A stretch of 64,000 nt of DNA from Octopus sinensis (GCF_006345805.1 NC_042997.1:24118001-24182000); one strand, 5' to 3'. Numbered from the stretch's first letter, positions 39,031 to 53,728 are shown. Numbers and translations: made by a program. Notes: generated by a model not told the origin, from the sequence alone.

Positions 39031-39050
39031 TGTGTCTGTGTCTGTGTGTG

Positions 39051-40072
39051 TGGAGGCGCGTGGCTTAGTGGTTGGGGTGTCAGCATCATGATCGTATGAT
39101 TGTGGCTTCGATTCCTGGACGGGCGACGCGTTTTGTTCTTGAGCAAAACACTTCATTTCACGTTTTTCCAGTCCACTCAGCTGGCAAAAATGAGTAACGC
39201 TGCGATGGACTGGCGTCCCATCCGGCTTAGGAACACATATGCCATAGAAACCGAGACACTGTGCCCATGAGCCTGGCTAGACTTTAAAAGGGCGCATTTA
39301 TTTTATTGGAGGCGCGTGGCTTAGTGGTTAGTGTGTCAGCATCATGATCGTATGATTGTGGCTTCGATTCCTGGACCGGGCGACGCGTTTTGTTCTTGAG
39401 CAAAACACTTCATTTCACGTTTTTCCAGTCCACTCAGCTGGCAAAAATGAGTAACGCTGCGATGGACTGGCGTCCCATCCGGCTTAGGAACCCTATGCCA
39501 TAGAAACCGAGACACTGTGCCCATGAGCCTGGCTAGACTTTAAAAGGGCGCATTTATTTTATTGGAGGCGCGTGGCTTAGTGGTTAGTGTGTCAGCATCA
39601 TGATCGTATGATTGTGGCTTCGATTCCTGGACCGGGCGACGCGTTTTGTTCTTGAGCAAAACACTTCATTTCACGTTTTTCCAGTCCACTCAGCTGGCAA
39701 CAATGAGTAACGCTGCGATGGACTGGCGTCCCATCCGGCTTAGGAACACATATGCATAGAAACCGAGACACTGTGCCCATGAGCTGGCTAGACTTTAAAA
39801 GGGCGCATTATTTTATTGGAGGCGCGTGGCTTGTGGTTAGTGTGTCAGCATCATGATCGTATGATTGTGGCTTCGATTCCTGGACCGGCGACGCGTTTTT
39901 GTTCTTGAGCAAAACACTTCATTCACGTTTTTCCAGTCCACTCAGCTGGCAAAAATGAGTAACGCTGCGATGGACTGGCGTCCCATCCGCTTGGGAACAC
40001 ATATGGCATGGAAACCGGGAAACCAGGCCCATGAGACTGGGTAGGCTTTAAAAGGGCGTATTTAATCATTTT
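39051..40072 (+). mobile_element. Four head-to-tail copies of SINE family D
   Basis: Starts at 39051, 39307, 39563, 39817 (period 254-256); A-box TGGCTTAGTGG, B-box GCTTCGATTCC, CTTGAGCAAAACACTT, GCGATGGACTGGCGTCCCATCC. Confidence 0.9.
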
Positions 40073-40175
40073 ATATATATATATAATATATATATAATAT
40101 ATATATATATATATTATATATATATATATGTGTGTGTGTGTGTTGTGCGTGTGCGTGCGCGCGTGTGTGTGTGTG

Positions 40176-40298
<123 letters not shown>

Positions 40299-40499
40299 TA
40301 TATATATATGTGTGGTGTGTGTGTGTGTGTGTGTTGTTTTGGTGCTAGTATATACGTATAACATATGCATGCATATGTATTTGTAGATCAGATAGACAGG
40401 ACTTTGAAGTTTCGATGTGTGCGTTATTCGACTATTTAAAGCACCTATACAGTATTTGGAGCCTTTGCTTATGCAGATTTGTTTTGTTGTATGTAAGTG

Positions 40500-40697
40500 T
40501 TTTCATGCATGTCAGGACATGCGCATGTATATCTAAATAAGAAATTTCTCGCGAGTTTTTCACTGATTTTTATAGGTCCATTGATATCTTGGATCTCTAG
40601 TCTTCGAATCAGCCTTTTTCTTTTTTCGTTTTTCCAAGTCTAATTTCTCAAGTCAGGTACGTAGGCAGTGTGCTACATATCCCTGTGCCCCATTATG

Positions 40698-40731
<34 letters not shown>

Positions 40732-41022
40732 TGTATGTATGTATGTATGTATGTACGTACGTATGTATGTATGTATGTATGTTTGTATGTATGTATATAT
40801 GTAAGTACGTATGTATGTATGTATGTATGTTTGTATGTATGTATGTATGTATGTATGTATGTATGTATGTATGTATGTATGTATGTATGTCATTATTCAG
40901 TTTATTTCAAGATTTCTTGTCAATAGAGAAAGAACCGGGTTTTCTAACCTAGATCCAACTTCCCTTCATTGGAATTGCAACATCAACAACAGCGTATTTT
41001 AGTTTGTATGTATACATGTATG

Positions 41023-41053
<31 letters not shown>

Positions 41054-41660
41054 ATAATCTATATATATATATATATATATATATCTATATATGTATGTAT
41101 GTATGTATGTATCTATATGTATGTATTGTATGTATGTATGTATTTACAGATTTGTATGTTTTATGTATGTATTCTCATGCATATTGTTGCTTATCTAGAC
41201 TTGCGCATATATATATAAATGATAAATTTCTGGAAAGATTTTTACAGTTCCAATGATTGATTTGATCTGTAGTCTTCGAATTAGTTTTCTCCTTTCTGGT
41301 CTAATTTCTCAAGATTGTTATTTGGGCAGTGTATTGCATATCATGCATGTATATATATATGTATGTATATATGTATGTATGTATATACGTATGTATGTAT
41401 CTATGTATATATGTATGTATGTAGTATGTATGTATGTATGTATGTATGTATGTATGTATTTCATTATTCAGTGTTATTTCAAGATTTCTTGCCCATAACG
41501 AAAGAGTGGATTTCTAACCTAGATCCAGGGCTCCTTCATTGGAGTTTCAGCAACATCAACGAGTTATTTTTGTTTTATGTATGAATTCTCATGAATATAG
41601 TTGCATAACTAGACACGCTCATACATATTTAATGATAAACTTCTAGAAATTTTGTGTATG
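40500..41660. repeat. Old diverged tandem repeat (~600-bp unit) with internal (ATGT)n
   Basis: TCATTATTCAG...CTAACCTAGATCCA...CAACATCAAC at ~40890 and ~41460; TAGTCTTCGAAT...GTCTAATTTCTCAAG at ~40600 and ~41270. Confidence 0.7.
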
Positions 41661-41882
41661 TATGAATGTATGTATGTATGTATGTATGTATGTACTTTTT
41701 ATATTGTGATGTTATCTTTGGACTAACAATGTTTGCGGCTGAAGAGAGCTTTAAACCATCTTTTATATTGATTATACACTGACGTAATAACAGATTGTTT
41801 ATAAGCTTGAAACACGTGCACCGCGACATCCTTTGTGTTCTGTTTTTAAGTTATATTTGATATAAGTATGTATGTATGTATG

Positions 41883-41916
<34 letters not shown>

Positions 41917-42497
41917 TGTATGTATGTATGTATGTATGTATGTATGTATGTATGTATGTATGTGTGTGTATGTATGTATGTATGTATGTATCTATATGTT
42001 TGTACTTGCATATGAGTGTACGACTATGTGTGCATGGATGGATATATGAATGGATGAATAGTTGGGTAGATAGATACATGCATGCATGGATATGCAAACA
42101 TATGCATAATTTTGTTTTAGTTTTTGACCATATAGCGGTGTATGATGGATTTCATATAAGCAGAGAGGAGATAGAGAGAGAAGTGTAGAAAAAGAAGAGA
42201 AAGATTGTGAGAAAAGGAGAGAGAGAGAGAGAGGAAAAGAGAGGAAAAAAGACAGGTTGCGGCTACGTGAATAATTCCAAAGATTTAACGACGTTCTTAT
42301 ATCTAACGTTAATATCGTAAATGAATACCGATAATTTATCGCAGGACACATATTTCCACTACAATCAATCTGTCACACACGCGTACAAACACATTCCCCA
42401 AATACCCAAACCACATACATTCACATAAATACACCTCCCCAACACACACGCATATATATATATATATAATAATATATGTATTATATATATATATATA

Positions 42498-42536
<39 letters not shown>

Positions 42537-43116
42537 ATTCGAGACATATATATATATGCATATGAAAAGAACAAGGTGTATCGTGTTCCCAACAAACACT
42601 GGACGTGGCTTTCCTTATCAAACAGTTTCCCATTATCGTCCAGTGTAGGAGGGTTTTAAATTGTTAGGGGTCAGTGCCCTTTCTTGCCTATAATAAATTA
42701 TAAATAGAATACTCATGGAATGAGAAAACATCAGTAGTTAAAGGTAACGTTAAAAAAAATGATTAAAAAAAAAGACAGCAAAACTTCTCAGGGGCACCGA
42801 CAAGTTTTCGCACACTCTCAGACTTCATATCAGTTGTCAAGATAGCCAAATCTGGCCTTCACCACTGTCAATGGATTGCTATTTTCCCCCTGTTTATGAA
42901 AAATGGTAATAAATGTTCAAAGTTATCACTCATAGATATGCACGTAATCTTATGTGACATGTACATGCATTCAACTCGTACACGTATGCCTTTTGTGCAT
43001 ACCGGCGCGTAGTTTATGTATATATGAATATATATACATACACACATAATACATATGCGAACGTATACATATATAAGAATATATGAAAATGTTTATATGA
43101 ATGTGCATAATATATA

Positions 43117-43179
<63 letters not shown>

Positions 43180-43855
43180 TGTGTGTGTGTGTGTGTGCAA
43201 TATATTATAAATGCAAGGAGAAACAAAAAAGAGAAGGATATATCTGTGTGTGAGTATATATATATATATACAAATACAGAGAGGGTGAGAGACAGAAAGA
43301 GAGATAAATAGATAAATGGAGAGGCAGACAGACAGATAGATACATACATAGACAGAGAGGGAGAGAGGGAGATATAGGGCTAGAGAGAAGGAAAGAGCGT
43401 CAGAGAGAGACAGAGACAGAGAAAGAGAGAGAGAAAGAGAGAAAGAGACTTGCATGCTAGTCTACCTTCATATTGGTATATGACAAATTCATATGGTTGT
43501 TATATCAGCGGCGAAGTGTTCAGATAGAGTGGGAGGTCTATTTATTCATCATTGACAGATACCGATGTGTATGTTTTGGCAACAAACTAGGGAAAGAGCT
43601 GACAGGAAGGATTCTGACTATAGTGACACTCATCCCTGATAAGCGTTTAATCTTATTCCGCCTCTTCCCCCCTCATTTAACTTGCTTTCACCTCAAACAC
43701 TCACTTATCCCCTCTCTCTCTCTTCCTCTTCTGTATGTTTGTCTCTCTCTTTTTCTCTCTGTTCTTACTCTCTTCATCGACATTGCCCGGCAATCATATA
43801 TTAGGGGAGATTACGCCGAAGAATATTGTATATACAAACATGCATACACTAACAC

Positions 43856-43902
<47 letters not shown>

Positions 43903-44097
43903 GAGGGTTTAGGTCACAGTTCATAATTATGTGTATATATATATATACCTATATATACATATATATATGCCTATATGTAAATATATATATATATACATAT
44001 ATACACACACATATATATACATATATATTTACATATATATATATATATATACATATGCATATATATATATGTATATATATGTGTGTATATATATACA

Positions 44098-44131
<34 letters not shown>

Positions 44132-44531
44132 CATACATACATACATACATACATACATACATACATACATACATACATACATACATACATAAGAAGTAGT
44201 GAATGAGGTAATGTAATCTGCAACCCTAGGTGAAGAGTGAAGAGGTGGGATTATCAGAGGAAAATGAAGAACTGGAATGATTGGATTAAGCACTATGGTG
44301 ACGGGAAGAGTGAATGCTTGTCGAGAATGAGCTTTTAATACGTATATACTGTTAGTGTATGCGTGTGTGTGTGTGCGTGTTGATGGAGGCTCTGCTTGTG
44401 AAAAAGGTTAAGAGCGTTGAAGAAATATGGGCGGAAGTGAATGCGATGCCACGGAGGTCTTAACGATGGCAGCAGTGTCGGGCATATTACCAATGGCAGA
44501 TTTATCTAGGGAGGAGCACGGATCAATGAGA

Positions 44532-44631
44532 NNNNNNNNNNNNNNNNNNNNNNNNNNNNNNNNNNNNNNNNNNNNNNNNNNNNNNNNNNNNNNNNNNNNN
44601 NNNNNNNNNNNNNNNNNNNNNNNNNNNNNNN
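44532..44631. other. Assembly gap (100 N)
   Basis: Direct reading; round length suggests unknown true size. Confidence 1.
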
Positions 44632-45708
44632 GCATAGTCTAAATGAAAATAGATTTACGTGATTTGACTCAAGTAATAGATTTTGATATTGCTCAAGTTA
44701 TCTATTTGTAGAAATAAAAGATGAGTTTAAATGAAATTAAAGGTACGTCCGTGCGTGCGTATGTGTGTGTATGTGTGCGTGTTTGTGCGTGCGCGCGATT
44801 ATGTTGAGAGGAGCTTATGTAAATAGATGGATTTGCAGGATTCTTTTTCTGAAACGGTATTTATAGTGTAAAATAAAAGACTCGATTTTGTATCAAATTT
44901 TTGTAAACAGAAGATACATTGTTGCTAAGACGAGAATCCAACAACAGTAATATATGCATCTGTGTATCTATGCATATAGCATTAAATATATGTATGTATG
45001 CTTAGATATATCATGATATATAAGGCACATATTTACACAAGTTCTGTCCCATTGTATGAAGGTGATTTGTTAGCATGCTTTACTGCCAGAAACCTGAACT
45101 AGGTTTTAAGCCAATATTGCTATGAAAGACATAACCTCAAATCCTGATTGGACCTAAATCTATATCTTAAAACTTTTATATGCAATGTAATATCGCCAAT
45201 ATCAGGTGCCTATCATTTTCAGGAATTCCCACAGTATTTTTCAAGCGAACCATTATAAAATCAGCGGGGCAATGTCCTTCTCCTTCCGTTGCCCATACCG
45301 ATTATTTTCTCTGATTCGTATTTTCTTACTTGTGATATCACATCAACTAGATTAAAGATTCAGGTTAATATATTAGCTAAATCAGTTAATATAATATTTA
45401 ATCATTGCATATATTCGTTATTCCATTGTCCAGGAATTATATCTTATCGTTTTTTACGCAAAAAGTGTTTAGCAAATGGCTCAGCGACGATGAAGAACGT
45501 CAAGATCAGGATGATAAAGCGAATAGACACACGACAATAAAAAAAAATGATTGTATATATAGGTATTAAAATAATACATATATATATATGAGTCAATATG
45601 ATTTCTCCTTCTATACAGAATATGTATGTTTTATTCGTTGTACATACATATATATATATACACCCACAAACCTCGCATACACACACACACACAGACACAG
45701 ACACCCCC

Positions 45709-45749
<41 letters not shown>

Positions 45750-45834
45750 ATGTGTGTGTGTGTGATGAGTAACTTTTGTGTTTGTGATATTTGTGATTCT
45801 ATCTATCTACCTATCTATTTATCTGTCTATCTAT

Positions 45835-46157
45835 CAGCTAGCTAGATAGATAGATAATAGATAGATAGATACATACATACATACATATATCACAGATAGA
45901 GAGAGAGATAGATACATACTTCTACATACATAGCTAGATAGCTATTATATATATATATATATATATATAAATATATATTATATATATATATATATATATA
46001 ATATAGATAGATATATAGATAGATAGATAGATAGATAGATAGCTAGATATCGATAGATAATAGATATAGATAGATAGATAGAGAGATAGATAGATAGATA
46101 GATAGAGAGATAGATAGAGAGATAGATAGGAGATAGATAGATAGATAGATAGATAGA

Positions 46158-46236
<79 letters not shown>
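45835..46236. repeat. (GATA)n/(TA)n microsatellite
   Basis: Direct reading. Confidence 0.9.
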
Positions 46237-46625
46237 TGAATATGCATGTGTATAAAATATTTTGCTAAAACTATTCAAAGTTATTTTTGTTTGGAGTTTT
46301 GCTTTCTATTATTGTTGTTGCTGGCATTGTTCTTGATCCAAGCTCTTTCCGAGCGAATCGTATTAATTCTTCTATTCGAGCAATAAGTAAAATTCTCAAT
46401 ATGGCGCTTGTTTATCTATTGCATCGGCTGCAGCCACAACTTGATCAATGTAGATTCCATCTTTGGAAGCAGAAGGTGTTACTTCGCAAGAAAGGTGTCT
46501 ATTTAATGCTAAATACAATTTATTATTGTTGTTTTGATTTGTTTATATGAGTATAAATACTGTCTTCTGTAATAGATTGCTGATTATAATCTAGAGTAGA
46601 GTCTATCCTGTTCTTTATTTATTTG

Positions 46626-46698
<73 letters not shown>

Positions 46699-46833
46699 CA
46701 TTATTATTATAAATATTTTTTTTATAAACGGCATCTCTGGCAAAATAAGTCAGACGGAGGAAAAGATAAAAACAGAAAATCTGTAAGATTAATATTAGAA
46801 CGGATGGATACATACATACATACGTATATATAT

Positions 46834-46871
<38 letters not shown>

Positions 46872-47065
46872 CGCATGTATATACATATATACATTATATA
46901 TTTTGTTTGTATAGTATATATGTATATACTATAAATTGTGCTTGTGTTTTTTTTATACAAGTATATAGAATATATGTAGAAAAATTTTTGTATATGTTAC
47001 ACATACAGGCACACACAAATATATATTTAAATTTGTAAAAAATAGCAGCTATCACTCTTAACTCA

Positions 47066-47106
<41 letters not shown>

Positions 47107-47241
47107 CGGAGAGGAAGATTGTTTGTGTGTTTGTACGCGTATATATGCGAGTGGTGGAGTTAAGAGTTTGTGTATGTGTGCGTGCGTTGTGTTATATATA
47201 TACATATATATATACATATATATATACATATACACACACTA

Positions 47242-47294
<53 letters not shown>

Positions 47295-48139
47295 TATATA
47301 TGTAAACACGTGATGTTAGTATTGTACAAAATGTTACATATCTACATAGATAAAGATAAGCTTATTAAGCCGGAATGAGTATGGAAAATGTTGGCCGTGT
47401 TGTCAACTGATATCAATCTACATAGTAATCGCCAGTAATCCATAAATCAGGAGAAACATTTCGTTTGAGAGAGGTCATTATTTTTGTTAGTGTAAGGAAT
47501 AAAGTTCTCTAGTTTTTGCCTTATGAATCATACCTAAACCAATGTGTTGAGAAAAGACTTTTATCACATATTTTAACTGTTTCTTATTCAATAAAAAGAT
47601 ATAAATATAATGTTATATTTGGGGGATGTTTATTTATTCATCTTTTTTTTTTACCAATTAAACACGCGTACTACTTATTCGATCTTCACTTTTGTTTTAT
47701 TTGTATTATTTTTAGAATATATGTCTATCAAAGTTCGTTCGTCACAATTTTTGTGACCTCATTTGTGATTCTTTGTCCCAAGCGTCTCCGCCTATGCTGC
47801 TTATTCCATTTTGTTCTTCAAAACAAATATATAAACGTAAATAAAACCTTTTTTTTTTAAATATAAAAATAACATAACATTTTAGCAAATATAAGGGTCA
47901 TAATTTAGTGAGTATGTATGCTTCCCAATAGCATTCGTAATAAAATTCAAGACATTTGCAACAGGGATTTGAAAACCATTGGGAAACTAAATATAATTAT
48001 GCAGGGACCAGTGAGGGACTTCCTGTGTTATTACTCTAGAAATAGCTGTGGAATTCCGTCTTGACCGGAATACCCTTGATTATAGACTGCACGACTGGGT
48101 GTTGAAATTAATATTATGTATAGTGTAATACTATATATA

Positions 48140-48335
48140 TATTTCTTTACTACCCACAAGGAGCTAAACACAGAATGGACAAACAAGGACAGACAAACGG
48201 ATTAAGTCGATTATATCGACCCCAGTGCATAACCGGTACTTATTTATTCGACCCCGAAAGGATGAACGTAGCGGCAGACGAAATACTGCTAAGCATTTCG
48301 CCCGTCGTGCTAAAGATTCTGCGAGCTCGCCGCCT
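48140..48335 (-). mobile_element. SINE family B, internally deleted
   Basis: Tail, GACCCCGAAAGGATGAA core and CGAGCTCGCCGCCT head present; B-box region missing. Confidence 0.8.
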
Positions 48336-49500
48336 ATAGTAATACTAAATATAATCAATATAATAAATTGTTTCTGAAGTGGCACGTGACTGCATTGAAT
48401 TTTTTTATCTTTTATCTTCCACTTGTGCAGACGGACGAGGTGGCGGTGGCGTATCGAAGACACGCCGGTCTTGTAAGGTCAAGTATCACGTAACCGCGTC
48501 GGCGATCACGAAGCGAAAGAGAGCGACGCGAACTCCCTTCAATACGACTACTTCATTCGATCAGCAAAACCCTACATTTTTGAGAAGTTTTAGGAATTTA
48601 TTAACTCACCAACATCCTAATATACATGCTACTCATGTTCTTCCTACCTTCATGTAGGATTACAAATCTGAGCTCGAGAAAAACTGAAACCTAATTCCTA
48701 AATATAGGAAACCGAGGACAAAGTTATTTGTTTCAACTATAGAAATAATTAGCTAAGTAGGTGGGCTACTTTTCAAGTAACTTTTAAATCGGGATTGCTC
48801 ATATAATGTTAATTTATTGTTTTATGTGTGTCACTTTTTATAGAGGCAGCAGTTCACTTCTGTGTGTTAAGAATACAAATCATATAACCTAGGCAATTCA
48901 AAGGGAACAAAACCCATAGCTTGGATGTTTTTCTATCTCGACACTCGCCTGAAACACTTGAGATTCTCAAAATATCACTCAATGAAATATTCTGGTAACA
49001 ATAGAATTCTATAGCCACCACCATCACCACTAGCAACAATAATTAAGGTGCTGACAATGATGATGATGTCAATTGAAATATAAAAATAGCCTAACAATTG
49101 CTGCTTCGGCCAGGGTTAAGATACAGGACACTTGACATGTTCAACAAAGCGTGACGCCTAAACCAATCAGCTCAACCAACCAACCAGCTTAAGTAATTGA
49201 GTGATACTACACACTGATTGTTCAGAATACAGTTTGCAAAACTTGGCAATCTGGAGCCTACACAGCTGTATTTAAGGCACAGTTTTAATCATCTCGCTAC
49301 AGTCAAAAATTGTGAAGCACGACTACATGAACCTGAAGATTGCAGAATTTAGTTCATGAAAGTACTAGTTCAATCAGAATGAATATTTAACATTCTATTA
49401 TTTTATTTTATTTTATTATATTATATTATCTTATAATTATATCATTATAAGATTGTAAATAAAACGTGAAAATCAGGCAACGTTGGAATTCCTTTTATTA

Positions 49501-49533
<33 letters not shown>

Positions 49534-49564
49534 TGTATGTATGTATGATGTATGTATGTATGTA

Positions 49565-49745
49565 TGTATGTACGATGTGCTTCCACATCGTTTCTATATA
49601 CCAAATTTGTTCTCAGGGCAGCGATCGACCCGGGAACTATAGTAGAAGACACTTGCTGAATGTCTGAATGTTTCACGCTAAGCAACTTTGCACAAATCTT
49701 CATGGTTGCAAACCAAGCATCTTAATCACGCAGCCACTTGAGCAT
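49565..49745 (-). mobile_element. Very diverged SINE family A head
   Basis: CTATAGTAGAAGACACTTGC and CATGGTTGCAAACCAAGCATCTTAATCACGCAGCCACT motifs. Confidence 0.55.
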
Positions 49746-49746
49746 C

Positions 49747-49873
<127 letters not shown>

Positions 49874-49875
49874 AT

Positions 49876-49919
<44 letters not shown>

Positions 49920-50364
49920 CATGTTGTTCTTGTTGTTTTTCTTGTTGTTCTTCTTATTATTGTTGCTTTCATTAGTTTCTGACAATTCAGCTGCTTGCAA
50001 GCCACAGCTTATAACATTTCCCATGACGTTAAGCTCATGAGAAAGACATCTATCACTGGATACGTCACCGGTATATCCAGTGACACAACACTATTCATTA
50101 GCTGTCGTCTATTTGATAGACTACAAACCAACTATCTGTACCTACCTATTTTTTTTAAACACTGGCTGATGTTTATTTTATTGAATTCAGAATGATACAA
50201 ATGTTAGCCGTTACAATTAGAACTTGAAGTAACATCTGTGTGCTTGTGACACTGCAGTCAGCAAAAGGTTAATTACACATTTACGTTCCGTATTTGATAT
50301 GTGTAAAACAAGTTCGACCACATTATCTCTCTCTCTCTTTCCCTTTCTCTTTCTCTCTCTATAT

Positions 50365-50406
<42 letters not shown>

Positions 50407-50468
50407 TATATATATATATATTATATATACATATATATATATACACACATATATATATATACATATAC

Positions 50469-50501
<33 letters not shown>

Positions 50502-50511
50502 ATATATATAC

Positions 50512-50573
<62 letters not shown>

Positions 50574-50647
50574 TAATAAATGTATATAGATATATAAATG
50601 TATATAGATATAAATGTATATATATATATATAAATGTATATATATAA

Positions 50648-50685
<38 letters not shown>

Positions 50686-50758
50686 GTATATAGATGTATA
50701 AATGTATATAGATATATAAATGTATATATATATATATAAATGTATATATATATAAATG

Positions 50759-50819
<61 letters not shown>

Positions 50820-51220
50820 TATGTATGTATTATCTATGATGGAGCGAAAGTATAATGACTTTATTCGATAACTGATCAAGGATGAGGGTGTCCACGTAAT
50901 TTCGCATATATTTTCCATGTCCTCCGTCGATGTTTTTCAGTGCAATCTTTTATTCTTTTATTCATATATATATATAGCGATGACAAGTCAATAAAACAGA
51001 CATGCTTGATCACTTCACCTGATAGGGAAAATTGCTAAACCTCTCTCACGTCAGGCTTTACGATTTTACGTACGGAAGAAAGTAGTGAATAATGTTGCCG
51101 AAGTACAACATATTTCATAAAAGAGCGATAATGTCCCGGCTGGTATGGACATCGTACGTCTGCAGGAGCTGGCTAGGATAACGTCAAATATATAGCGTTG
51201 TTAATTTAAAAGTTGGAAGT

Positions 51221-52789
51221 TTGATTGATTGATTGATTGATTCTAGTTTCAGCTCATGAGCTGTGGCCATGCTGGGGCACCGCCATTTGGTGTTGCTACT
51301 TGGTTTTACTTCACGAAAGCTTTTTAGCAACTGCCATTTGGTGCATGAGAGAGTTCGATGCAGCTGCCCTCATCTGCACCTCCTGCCGTGAAGTTGGTTC
51401 ATCTGGGACACCTGACAGGAAGAGATCCAGTTCCATTTTAAAGACATCTGCATCCACCCCATGCAGGTCTCTCAGGTTCTTCGGGAGGATATTGAAGAGC
51501 TGTGGGCCACGGAAGCCCAGGCTATCACAGTATCTTGTCCTACATCTTGATGGCAAATTTGGAGTCCTAGGCACCACGCAGTGGCGCCCAGTTCTGGCAT
51601 TTGTGTAACTCTCGATGCCAAAATTTGGGACACGTCCCTCCAGGATTTCCAGATGTATATTATGCCATATCTTTCCCGCCTACGCTCCAAGGAATATAGT
51701 TTTAATCTCTTGAGTCTTTCCCAGTAGCTTACATTCTGCATAGAGGCTATCTTCTTCGTGTAGCTACGCTGGATCGCCTCGAGCTCTGTGATCAACTTGA
51801 CACTGGATGGTGACCATAACTGAGAGCAATAGTCAAAGTGGCTTAGGACAAGTGTCCTCCAGAGGACCATCATGGTTTCTTGTTTCTTGTTCTAAAGGTT
51901 CTGAGAATCCATCGGCCAGTCGTCTACATTTCATTGCCAATTTAGCAACATGAACACGAAAGGTTGCGTCATCACTCATGTAAATACCCAGGTCACGCAC
52001 TGATTGTACCTCTGGGATTGCTATTCCTCCGGGTCCAGTGTATTCATTGGGTATTGCATTTAGTTTTGCATGCTGATAGTATAAAGCTTGAAACTTTTCA
52101 GCATTGAACTGCATGCTATTCCTTTCAACCCACTTGTATATTTCGTCCAGCTCACATTGCAGGTGCTTAGTGTCTTCAGGGTTCTGTATTGCCTGTGAAA
52201 CTTTTGTATCATCTGCATAACTTGTGATCGTGGCTCTCTGCGTGGCTGAGGGCATGTCTGAGAGGGCCATTATGAACAGTAATGGTCCCAAAACAGTGCC
52301 CTGCGGAACACCGCTCACTATTTGTGTGTTAATGGAAGTGGCCCCATTGGCTGCTACCACCTGACTTCTATTCTTCAGAAAGTCATGAAGCCATTCTCCC
52401 AATTTTCCAACTATGCCAAGATAACGCAGTTTGTGACATATCATTCCATGATCGACTTTATCAAAGGCCTTTGCAAAGTCGAGATATATGACTTCCACAT
52501 TTGAGTGGTTGAGCAGTTGTTTCAGCACCCAGTCATAGTGTTGTAGGAGCTGGGTTAAACAGCTTCTTCCTGGTCGGAAACCATGTTGGGTGTCAGGCAG
52601 CAAGTCATTTTCTTCAAGGAAGGTGATTAGTTTCCTTCTGACTATTCGTTCCATGACCTTGCTGATGTGTGAGGTCAGAGAGATAGGTCTGTAGTTCTTG
52701 GCCTCTGCTCTGCTACCACCTTTATGAATAGGGCATATTTTACCTTCCTTCAGTTTTTTTGGAAGTTTGCCAGCTGCTAGGAAGCTCTG
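51221..52789 (-). mobile_element. 5'-truncated CR1-clade LINE with (AATC)n tail
   Basis: RT motifs NYRPISLTS, QHGFRPGRSC, YLDFAKAFDKVDH, GVPQGTVLGPLLF, YADDTK; C-terminal DYCSQLWSP, LYSLERRRERY, RGPQLFNILP; short 3'UTR. Confidence 0.95.
51311..52789 (-). pseudogene. LINE ORF2 reverse transcriptase and C-terminal domain; frameshifts near 51890 and 51630
   Basis: ORFs 51833-52813, 51472-51873 and 51311-51577 join into one continuous CR1-like ORF2. Confidence 0.9.
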
Positions 52790-52960
52790 TATGGTTTTAT
52801 AATCTTGCCACATATTTTCTGATGTTAATCTTAAGCAGAGATGTCTTCATATTTATACGTCTGTGTTTGTGTGTGTATGCTCATGTATGCATTTTAATAT
52901 ATTAAAATATATTTTAATATATTTTAATATATATTTTAGATAATTTTAGAAATTTTAGAA

Positions 52961-53092
52961 ATTTTAGATAAAATAAATGCGAAAATTAAGACCGATACTA
53001 GGCTAGTACAATGGTCCAATAGTATAGAAGTCGTAGACTGGTTTAAAGCCATTAAGAATAAGAAAAAAGCGAGGTTTACACAATTCGATATA
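52961..53092 (+). mobile_element. Penelope-like element RT fragment
   Basis: ILDKINAKIKTDTRLVQWSNSIEVVDWFKAIKNKKKARFTQFDI fits the PLE RT pattern ILD.IN......QW.N...V..WF..I.NK....F..FDI; ends in (TA)n. Confidence 0.8.
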
Positions 53093-53204
53093 TATTTATA
53101 TATAAAATAAATAATGAGGGTGATAAATTGAATATTAATTTAATTAACATCAATTTAAAACCAGTGGCCTAGCATATAGAAAATCTCAAAATTCAGAAAA
53201 ATTA

Positions 53205-53278
<74 letters not shown>

Positions 53279-53554
53279 TATACATATATCGTTGCTATTA
53301 CGTAAAATTTGGCCAAATACGTTTCTTTCGGTATTTAATTTTGTTTGCAATAGCCAGTTCTTTTGGTCTAACTATCGTATCTCCAGCTGCTTCAGATGAA
53401 TATTTTATTCTTCAAATTGTCAATGTGTAGTACAACGGTTTAGCATTTTTCAAAAGTGTAGTAAGCCTCATATACGACAATTTTGCAAAAATATTTCTGA
53501 CTGAAAATCTCGTACATGCATGAAGTTACGATTTTATGCACACAATAAAATGTC

Positions 53555-53728
53555 TATAGGGGACAAACATGGACAGACAAACGGATTAAGTCGATTATAT
53601 CGACCCCAGTGCATAACTGGTACTTATTTAATCGACCCCGAAAGGATGAATGGCAAAGTCGACCTCGGCGGAATTTGAACTCAGAACGTAACAGCAGGCG
53701 AAATACGGCTACGCATTTCACCCAGCTC
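53555..53728 (-). mobile_element. SINE family B (partly deleted) with 17-bp TSD
   Basis: GCACACAATAAAATGTC at 53538-53554 and 53729-53745. Confidence 0.88.

Noticed and set aside
39051-40072. tRNA gene cluster or CRISPR-like array
   Set aside because: Units are ~255-bp SINEs with only tRNA-like heads, no full cloverleaf and no unique spacers.
44400-44531. ORF next to the gap as an RTE LINE or exon
   Set aside because: Too short and truncated by Ns; no diagnostic motif.
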